A stretch of DNA of 64,000 bases. Origin: a virus. A program made the translations under genes and the position numbers. Below are positions 57,154 through 64,000 of this stretch, piece after piece. Location: the IMG/VR virus record IMGVR_UViG_3300037042_003932, positions 1 to 64,000 of that record, one strand, 5' to 3'. Below the pieces are notes generated by a model, which worked only from the letters and a program-made list of their open reading frames with translations, ran no database searches and was not told where the DNA came from. Within the stretch, counting starts at the first letter, position 1. Every line of letters begins with the position of its first letter.

Positions 57154-58285
57154 TGTGAATCCTCTCTTGGAGGCAGACGAAGACCTCGCGCTTATCATCG
57201 ACGACTACACCCTAGCAAACTGTCTACGCACGACCGCACACCTTCTATGGAACGCGGTTATCAACCGAAACGGTATGTACACAACGTTCAGCATACCCAA
57301 GAAGACCGGGGGTGAACGAACCATACGAGCGCCGCGTCCGTACCTGAAAAGACTACAAGCTCGGATGTACAAAAAAATACTAACTCCGCTACACAACAGA
57401 CTAGGAGACCACGTCACAGGATATAGATCAGGATTTGGGACAAAAGCAGCCGTATCGCTACACGTTCATCCATGCGAAATATGTGACAGTGCCCCTGAAG
57501 GAACAACCGCTACGTCACATGCGTGTCCCCGCAACGGAACGTATATAAAGCTCGACCTCAAAGACTTCTTCCATACCACACGTAAATGGTGGATCGAAGA
57601 CTATCTAGTCTCTGTAGGGTACGGAAGTTACGTCTCAGATTTGATGGCTGTAATCATGACTGTTCCAGGGTTACCGCACCCAAAGAAACCAGACGCAAAA
57701 GTTACAGGGGTACCCCAGGGGAGTCCGACCTCTGGAGCCATCTGTAACCTAGTAGCTGCTCAACGCCTAGACAAGCCCATTATGGATCACCTACGCTACC
57801 TAAACGTGATGCATAAGCTCGATACTACCTGGGGTTGGAGATACTCGAGGTATGCCGACGACATCGCAATCACCTGCGGAAAAAAGATGCATCACAGCGT
57901 TCGCAGAGACGTAATCGGCCAGGTCAAGAAGATAATCTGGAGGGCAGGTTACACCGTAAACGCCAAGAAGACGAAGGTCAAAACAGGTCGAAAACAACGG
58001 AAGCTACTGGGCCTGGTGTTCAACCAGAAGCCCAACATCGACAGACGTGACTACCTGCGACTAAGGGCCATCGTATTCAACTGCTCGATGCATGGCTTTG
58101 ACTCACAGGGCCAACGTGCAGGTTACGAGAACGCTGCGCAATTCAAGTCATGGCTCCAAGGGAAAATTAACTACGTAAAGCACATTCACCCAAGTCATGG
58201 ATTGAAGCTCCAAGAGGTGCTCGAGAGCGCTATAAAGATGCACAATCCAGAATGGACAGAAATAGTCAATGAAGAAATTAACTGA
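57116..58285 (+). CDS. Retron-type reverse transcriptase
   Basis: IPKKTGGERTI.AP, KLDLKDFF, PQGSPTS..ICN, YSRYADD, NAKKT, LLGLV (VTG-equivalent), retron-like thumb. Confidence 0.9.
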   Translation: MTMFLRTELLKYDVNPLLEADEDLALIIDDYTLANCLRTTAHLLWNAVINRNGMYTTFSIPKKTGGERTIRAPRPYLKRLQARMYKKILTPLHNRLGDHVTGYRSGFGTKAAVSLHVHPCEICDSAPEGTTATSHACPRNGTYIKLDLKDFFHTTRKWWIEDYLVSVGYGSYVSDLMAVIMTVPGLPHPKKPDAKVTGVPQGSPTSGAICNLVAAQRLDKPIMDHLRYLNVMHKLDTTWGWRYSRYADDIAITCGKKMHHSVRRDVIGQVKKIIWRAGYTVNAKKTKVKTGRKQRKLLGLVFNQKPNIDRRDYLRLRAIVFNCSMHGFDSQGQRAGYENAAQFKSWLQGKINYVKHIHPSHGLKLQEVLESAIKMHNPEWTEIVNEEIN

Positions 58286-59675
58286 CACAAAGATCTTCAC
58301 GGCCATTATGTGCGAGTACAGGTTCAGGACAAAGGAGGGATTCGACGCAGGAGACGATTACCCCAAGTACTCACGCGACGACGGCTGGTGCGTGAAAGAT
58401 TCTTGGGGTCTTGTGTTCGGCACGTACTCACCGAACGTCCCTGAGGTAAATGACTACACCGCAAAAGATGCGATGGAGCTCGCCGACGACCCAGAACTCC
58501 ACAAGATATTCCCTCCCCCATTCTACGTAGCGTCCCTGGACGACAGCGCCAACCGGACAATGTTGTACTTCGGAAGACACGCAGCTAAGTTTGTATCCTC
58601 GTGGGTACAACAACCAGGTGAGTACCCTCTGGACTTCTTGGTCATTAAGCCCTCCGTCGACGAGCCTGCATTCAACGTGGATACCATGTCTCAAGTGGCG
58701 AGATGCCACGCTCCAGAAAAACACGTATACGGGTGTAAGGCGTGCTTAGAGAGCGCCACGAGCTTTGAGGGTTGCTGCAGTATCAAACGCACGTTATGCC
58801 CTACAGAAGACCCCTTAGAGTTCAAATCTAAGTGGAGCGTTGGACCGTTTCTCCCGTCTAGAAAGCACACCATCCAGGGTTATTTGTATGTGTCACCCGT
58901 CATGCTACACGACAACGATTCTCGCAAGATCGTGGGGGTAAAAGATATCAAGCTAACTGATCTGGATTTCAGTCAGTATCAGGAACTGTATGACCGACGC
59001 TGTGAGTCTCTAAAAGAGAGACAGAAAACTCTCGAAAATGGAAGAGTGTACTGCTCACAGTGCTCGGTGCGAGACGAGTGCTTCAATCACTTCAAACACA
59101 AGAGACGTTTCTGCTGCAATCCACGCCCTAGTGTAGAGCAGATAGCCTCTGAGATTACAAACGCAGCCGTTATCAAACTATCGAAAAGGACCATCGCTGA
59201 GATCTTAGAAGCTAGTGGGCGTACGCGAGCACAGAATCCAAGAACTGGAAGGACAAGTGAGGCTACGATAGGTCTTGCGGACCTTAACAGGGGTCTGGGT
59301 TTCTGTGTTCACCGTGTATCTGACAACTACATAATGGTGAGTGGTAGTACCGACGAGGAATGGGAAAGGTTCAAACAAGCTGAGTCTATTACCTGTTATG
59401 AGGCAGGTGTAGAAAATCTTCTTCGTACCTTAGACGACCCCGTGAAGTTTGCAACCCTCTTATCCTGCGTAAGCACACGCCAGTCACCTGCTCGAGCTAC
59501 CGGTTTTGGAAACTTTCACTACGAGTACATGTACACACATGTACGGTACGGTGACGAATTCAGTATAGCGTTCCACCAACCGAGCGGAAGAAGAGTATCC
59601 CCGTGGAAACTAGAAGTTAAGTCCCTCCCCTGCCTATTCAAGCACTACGGAAGAATCCCGGGGTCTACGTGGTAG
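58269..59675 (+). CDS. Cys-rich hypothetical protein downstream of RT
   Basis: 468 aa; CH..CKAC..CC..C and CSQC..C..CC clusters; overlaps RT stop. Confidence 0.65.
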   Translation: MKKLTDTKIFTAIMCEYRFRTKEGFDAGDDYPKYSRDDGWCVKDSWGLVFGTYSPNVPEVNDYTAKDAMELADDPELHKIFPPPFYVASLDDSANRTMLYFGRHAAKFVSSWVQQPGEYPLDFLVIKPSVDEPAFNVDTMSQVARCHAPEKHVYGCKACLESATSFEGCCSIKRTLCPTEDPLEFKSKWSVGPFLPSRKHTIQGYLYVSPVMLHDNDSRKIVGVKDIKLTDLDFSQYQELYDRRCESLKERQKTLENGRVYCSQCSVRDECFNHFKHKRRFCCNPRPSVEQIASEITNAAVIKLSKRTIAEILEASGRTRAQNPRTGRTSEATIGLADLNRGLGFCVHRVSDNYIMVSGSTDEEWERFKQAESITCYEAGVENLLRTLDDPVKFATLLSCVSTRQSPARATGFGNFHYEYMYTHVRYGDEFSIAFHQPSGRRVSPWKLEVKSLPCLFKHYGRIPGSTW

Positions 59676-60672
59676 GAACGAAGTCCGGACAGATGGCGAG
59701 AGCCGCAGCTAGCGCTGCGTCTTCTGCAGCCTGGGCCGAAGCGACCTCTGCTTCGGCCTCTTTTTTTGCTATCACAGCAGAAGACACCGCGAGGTTCTTG
59801 ACCGTAGTGAGCTGAAGCGCAGAGTTATACGACGTGAACAACGAGGTGTACAACGTATCCAACGTTGACGTTAGGTTGGTTGCGTTACTCTCAGTATTCG
59901 CAAACGACGCGAGGTTTGTTTCTTGCCCCGCAAAGGCTGCTGACAGCGCAGGGTAACGCGGCTCAGTGTTACCCACGTACGTCAGCATCTCCGCAACAGG
60001 AACCTGGTACGTCTTTGTCAGACCTGCAAAAGCCTGACCGCCAGACACCGTCTTTATCGAATTGAAATAGTTTGTCCAGAAGCTCTTAACGTCAACAGCT
60101 AGAGCGTACTGTTCCTTGTATTTCTCGGTGATTGTCGTCTGGTAGTTAGCCGCGTCTCTCGCGTCCGCTAAGTCTTTCTCAGCCTCCACCAGAGCGAGAT
60201 CCGCTGCGACTCGTTCAGCCCGTGCCGCATAGTACGCATCCTGTAGCTGCTGCTCGTAGGTTTCATCCTCGGTAGGATGCCAACCATCCAAATTGCCTGA
60301 GAAGACTTCCTTAAAATCGTACCAAGCACGAACACCGTCGTTGACGCGAGACTTAACCGCGTCTTTAGCTTGAACCGCCATATTAAGGTCAGCGTACTTA
60401 CGTGTGAGAACACTCGTCAGGTAGTAAGAGTTACCGGCAGTCAGAGCCACTTCACGTCCGTTTGAGATGTTCTCCAAGTCATATGGAGTAGCCACACGCT
60501 CGAACACATCTTGTGTCGTGTCCACCACGTCCGTAATCTTGTACACGAACAAAGATGTGGTTGGTAACTCACCCTGCTCAGACACCAACGCCGTGATGAT
60601 GTACTGGAAGTCCCCTTCTTCAAGGGCCACCGTTGTGTAGTTGTACTCTACTTTTGTTAGTGCTGCTGTCAT
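59665..60672 (-). CDS. Putative virion protein with coiled coil (paralog family)
   Basis: FERVATPYDLE motif shared with neighbours; Ala-rich coiled coil. Confidence 0.6.
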   Translation of the reverse strand: MTAALTKVEYNYTTVALEEGDFQYIITALVSEQGELPTTSLFVYKITDVVDTTQDVFERVATPYDLENISNGREVALTAGNSYYLTSVLTRKYADLNMAVQAKDAVKSRVNDGVRAWYDFKEVFSGNLDGWHPTEDETYEQQLQDAYYAARAERVAADLALVEAEKDLADARDAANYQTTITEKYKEQYALAVDVKSFWTNYFNSIKTVSGGQAFAGLTKTYQVPVAEMLTYVGNTEPRYPALSAAFAGQETNLASFANTESNATNLTSTLDTLYTSLFTSYNSALQLTTVKNLAVSSAVIAKKEAEAEVASAQAAEDAALAAALAICPDFVPTT

Positions 60673-61047
60673 TTAGGCACTCGTGAGGGTAGTTGTAGTC
60701 GTGCCAGCAAAGCTCGACGTGTACGTTTCGTATTCAGAAACCAAAAACTGCAAGCGCTGTTTATTGTACGCAGCGAACTCAGCGGCAAGGTCAAGAGACT
60801 CCCAATTCTTCGTGACCTCGTCCAGCCGGTAGAACTCAGCACCAGCAGTCTGAGCTGCTGCTAGGGTTGTGTGGGTAACTTTCTCGATGTCGTAAACGGT
60901 AGCTACGCGAGAGAACGCCTCAGTTTCCGTGGTGAACACGAAGACATACGGGGAAATATGAACAGAGGCTGTGATATCGTGTTTTACTCGGTAAAGTGGA
61001 CCTGTCTCTACCGTTCTGGTTTCGACCAGTGTGACGGATACGGTCAT
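60673..61047 (-). CDS. Putative virion protein (paralog family)
   Basis: FSRVATVYDIE motif. Confidence 0.6.
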   Translation of the reverse strand: MTVSVTLVETRTVETGPLYRVKHDITASVHISPYVFVFTTETEAFSRVATVYDIEKVTHTTLAAAQTAGAEFYRLDEVTKNWESLDLAAEFAAYNKQRLQFLVSEYETYTSSFAGTTTTTLTSA

Positions 61048-61730
61048 TCAAAAACCTCTTCTTCCACGATTACGAAATCAGTCCCAGCGGTGTTCGAGTC
61101 GTTAACCAGGCTTTGGAGTTCCGCTTTGACGGAAACCACTTTGTTAGCAGCGTCAGTCACCTCAGGGAATACCGTGATAGACCTGCCGACCCGATGGTAA
61201 TTCTGCAGAACCTGGTTTGATTCGAGATAAGCAACACTCAAAGGATACCGTCCAGCAATTATGCTGTTGTAGCCAGAAGCTATATGAGCGCTGCCGCCTC
61301 TGGTGACGCTAAACTCCAATGACCCGTTAAAACCACACGCGAATTCCCCGTGAACCAAGAGAGAAGTATCTACCTTAACTGAACCTGTGCCCCGGTTCGT
61401 AACGTCGGTCACAGTCAGGTCAAGAGTTTCAGACCCCTCTTCCGTTGCCCACACTTCCGGAACATACGTGAAATGAAAAATGTCACCGATTTCTAGGGTT
61501 TCAAATAGACCAACACAGGACAGGTGGTCTAACGAGTAGCCTGTGTCCAAGTAGTTGTACATGTCGAGAAGAGTAGCAGCACGAACAAGTCCACCCGCAT
61601 CTCCCATGTTAACAACCAAGCATTTTAAGAAGGAAGAAGGATCGGTATCGGGGTACGCAGAGATTGTTACCCCAATGGCGTAACCATCGCGTGTCGTTCG
61701 TTGATCAAAAGTAGCCGTGATTTTTGCCAT
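61044..61730 (-). CDS. Putative virion protein (paralog family)
   Basis: LVRAATLLDM motif; similar C-terminal helix. Confidence 0.55.
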   Translation of the reverse strand: MAKITATFDQRTTRDGYAIGVTISAYPDTDPSSFLKCLVVNMGDAGGLVRAATLLDMYNYLDTGYSLDHLSCVGLFETLEIGDIFHFTYVPEVWATEEGSETLDLTVTDVTNRGTGSVKVDTSLLVHGEFACGFNGSLEFSVTRGGSAHIASGYNSIIAGRYPLSVAYLESNQVLQNYHRVGRSITVFPEVTDAANKVVSVKAELQSLVNDSNTAGTDFVIVEEEVFE

Positions 61731-61766
61731 GTCCTTACCCTTTCAAAAGCATTAAAATAGTAGACC

Positions 61767-62330
61767 ATGAACCAAACAACGTCAACGCTGTGGGTAGGTG
61801 TCGATCCTTCAGCTACGAGCACAGGGTTAGCAGTAATAACCCCGGAACTCACGCTCGCCACAACAACGATACGACCAAAAGAACTTCGGCTAGGAGCCAG
61901 ACTGAAATTTATCCAAGACGAGCTCCTAGCGTTCGTAAAGAACCAGAACATCCAAAGGATTTACTCGTGCATAGAAGGACCCTCACTAGAGTCCACGAAT
62001 CAAGCAGATACTTTGGGACAAGTACGTGGAGTCATCTTGGTAACCTTGGAAAATCTTGGAGCCGTAGTTACTGTCGTACCACCAACAACCCTTAAGAAGT
62101 TCGCGACCCGGAGTGGCTCCGCAGATAAAGAAGATATGATTGCAGCGGCATTTACCAAATGGAACGTCGTGTTAAAAGATGATGCCGCTGACGCTGCTTG
62201 GTTAGCACAATTAGCGTATTCGTTAACAACTAATAAGATAGACACGCGAGAACAACTTGAGGTAATCTCTGGTATAAGGTCACCCAAAGCTAAACCAGTA
62301 TTGCGTTTCAAACGAAAACCAAACGTCTGA
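61767..62330 (+). CDS. ruvC: RuvC-like Holliday junction resolvase
   Basis: VGVDP, CIEG, KKFAT.SG.ADKEDM, DAADA. Confidence 0.85.
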   Translation: MNQTTSTLWVGVDPSATSTGLAVITPELTLATTTIRPKELRLGARLKFIQDELLAFVKNQNIQRIYSCIEGPSLESTNQADTLGQVRGVILVTLENLGAVVTVVPPTTLKKFATRSGSADKEDMIAAAFTKWNVVLKDDAADAAWLAQLAYSLTTNKIDTREQLEVISGIRSPKAKPVLRFKRKPNV

Positions 62331-62342
62331 AAAGGAGAATTT

Positions 62343-64000
62343 ATGACGCTGACTCTGGCTAATCGTGTGTACACGACGCAGGGAACAAATCCGTATGACT
62401 CCGTAAGATGGGAAAAGACACCGGTAAAGATTACAGACGAAGTTGGAAACACAATTTACGAATTGAATGATGCTGAGTTCCCATCGTCATGGTCCAAGAC
62501 AGCTCGAAAAATCACAGCGAACAAATACTTCAGAGAGTTCAGAGACTCAAAAGAGAAAGAGACCAGCCTTCGAGACACCATCACCCGTGTTGAAAATTTC
62601 ATAACGAACAAGGGCATAGAGCATGGGTACTTCGAGAATCATAGTGAGAGCGCAGCGATCTATGCTGCTGAACTAACTCACATCCTCCTGCATCAGATAG
62701 CCGCGTTCAATAGCCCTGTGTGGTTCAACGCGGGTGTTCCAGGGGTTGAGAAGCCTCTTCTCAGCGCTTGTTTCATTAACAAAGTCGAAGACAACATGGA
62801 CAGTATCCTCGACTTGGCTAAGACCGAGGGTCTCATATTCAAAGAGGGTGCTGGTTCCGGCGTAAATTTCAGCAATCTCCGCGCATCCACCGAACGCATC
62901 CGTGGTGGTGGTACTGCCTCTGGTCCCGTGTCGTTCATGCAGGGTTACGATGCCTTTGCCAACGTCATTATGTCTGGAGGCCGCACACGCCGCTCGGCTC
63001 GGATGTGTATCCTCAACGCCGACCACCCAGACATTGAAAAGTTCATCACGTGCAAGAATGAGCAAGAGGTCATAGTTGAGCGACTCATAAAGAACGGAAT
63101 GTCTGCGCGGTTCAACGACCTCGAGGGTGCCTACTCCTGGGCTAAGCACCAGACGGGCAACAACAGCATTCGGGTGACTAACGAGTTCATGGAGCGTGTT
63201 CGCCAACACATGTACTACGGTAAAGAGGAGAAGTGGAATCTCACCAACCGTTCGGATGGCAGCACCGCTAAAACTGTGGATATTGGTGAGTTATTTACAC
63301 TGATTGCCACATGCGCTCATAGTTGTGGTGACCCTGCCTTACAGTTTCACGACACCATCAACGGCATGAACACTTGCTCGAGTGACTTTGTAATCGAGGG
63401 ATCGAACCCATGCAGTGAATTTATGTGGGTAAATAACTCAGCTTGTAATTTGAGCAGCATAAACCTCGTTAAGTTTATGCGCGACGATAACACATTCGAC
63501 ACAAAGTTGTTTAAGCATGTTGTACGCATGCTCATCATCGCACAGGACATCATTGTCGAATCTGCAAGCTACCCCACCAAAGACATCGAGATTAATAGCC
63601 TCAAGTACCGTCCTCTCGGACTCGGGTACGCCAACCTAGGTGGACTCCTCATGCGTTGGGGCATTCCTTACGACAGCGACAAAGGTCGTGAAATTGCTGC
63701 GTCTATCACTAGCCTCATGACAGCGCAGGCGTATGTAACAAGCGCGGAGCTCGCAGCTGTAAAAGGCCCATTCAGCGCCTACGAGTCCAACAAATCCAGT
63801 ATGGAAGAAGTGCTCAACAAGCATCGAGCATTCACGAAAAAGATACCCGAATCTCACCTGCAACTAGTCGCGTACAAAGCCTGGGGAGAAGCTATCTCAG
63901 TAGGCTTAGGGAAAAAGAAAGAAGACGGCGCAGGTTACAGAAACGCACAGGTCACAGTGCTGGCCCCCACGGGAACAATTGCCTTCATGATGGACTGCGA
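62343..64000 (+). CDS. nrdJ: Class II (B12-dependent) ribonucleotide reductase, 3'-truncated
   Basis: Not in ORF track because it runs off the window. AAGGAG RBS; FNSPVWFN, SACFI, SNPCSEF, ACNLSSINL, RPLGLGYANLG, RNAQVTVLAPTGTI. Confidence 0.92.
   Translation, partial: MTLTLANRVYTTQGTNPYDSVRWEKTPVKITDEVGNTIYELNDAEFPSSWSKTARKITANKYFREFRDSKEKETSLRDTITRVENFITNKGIEHGYFENHSESAAIYAAELTHILLHQIAAFNSPVWFNAGVPGVEKPLLSACFINKVEDNMDSILDLAKTEGLIFKEGAGSGVNFSNLRASTERIRGGGTASGPVSFMQGYDAFANVIMSGGRTRRSARMCILNADHPDIEKFITCKNEQEVIVERLIKNGMSARFNDLEGAYSWAKHQTGNNSIRVTNEFMERVRQHMYYGKEEKWNLTNRSDGSTAKTVDIGELFTLIATCAHSCGDPALQFHDTINGMNTCSSDFVIEGSNPCSEFMWVNNSACNLSSINLVKFMRDDNTFDTKLFKHVVRMLIIAQDIIVESASYPTKDIEINSLKYRPLGLGYANLGGLLMRWGIPYDSDKGREIAASITSLMTAQAYVTSAELAAVKGPFSAYESNKSSMEEVLNKHRAFTKKIPESHLQLVAYKAWGEAISVGLGKKKEDGAGYRNAQVTVLAPTGTIAFMMDC

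Noticed and set aside
57116-59675. Diversity-generating retroelement or group II intron
   Set aside because: No TR/VR repeat pair, no intron RNA or maturase domain seen; RT motifs are retron-like
1-64000. CRISPR array, tRNA, rRNA, integrase or IS element
   Set aside because: None seen by eye; intergenic gaps are too short for arrays. A covariance-model scan was not run
1-64000. Alternative genetic code
   Set aside because: Long genes are intact under the standard code and all three stop codons are used

Overview
This window is a densely packed segment of a large (probably jumbo) myovirus-type bacteriophage genome, with no host genes. From 1 to about 34 kb the minus strand carries a virion and late module: baseplate spike, tail tube and sheath, neck proteins, major capsid protein, decoration protein, prohead protease, a long run of putative inner-head proteins, a multisubunit RNA polymerase (beta fused to the N-half of beta', plus a separate beta' C-half) with a LigD-like polymerase/phosphoesterase gene between the two, and a probable portal. 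From about 34 to 64 kb, mostly on the plus strand, is a replication and early module: SNF2 helicase, two Cas4/AddB-like nucleases, amidase, ParB, probable SSB, primase-helicase, UDG-fused family A DNA polymerase, MoxR-like AAA ATPase with a VWA-metallopeptidase, a retron-type reverse transcriptase flanked by Cys-rich genes, RuvC and a class II ribonucleotide reductase. Minus-strand genes for a zinc-ribbon sigma factor, terminase and further structural proteins are interleaved. The most notable signals are: (1) a pervasive K-x-A motif plus a shared G-[YW] helix that look like a protease-cleavage and capsid-targeting code, and that also tag the LigD-like enzyme; (2) a translationally coupled RT operon with no intergenic room for a retron ncRNA; (3) a recurrent TACGSCGTA palindrome alongside an orphan ParB; (4) an unusual RNAP architecture. 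All calls come from reading motifs by eye; no database searches were run.
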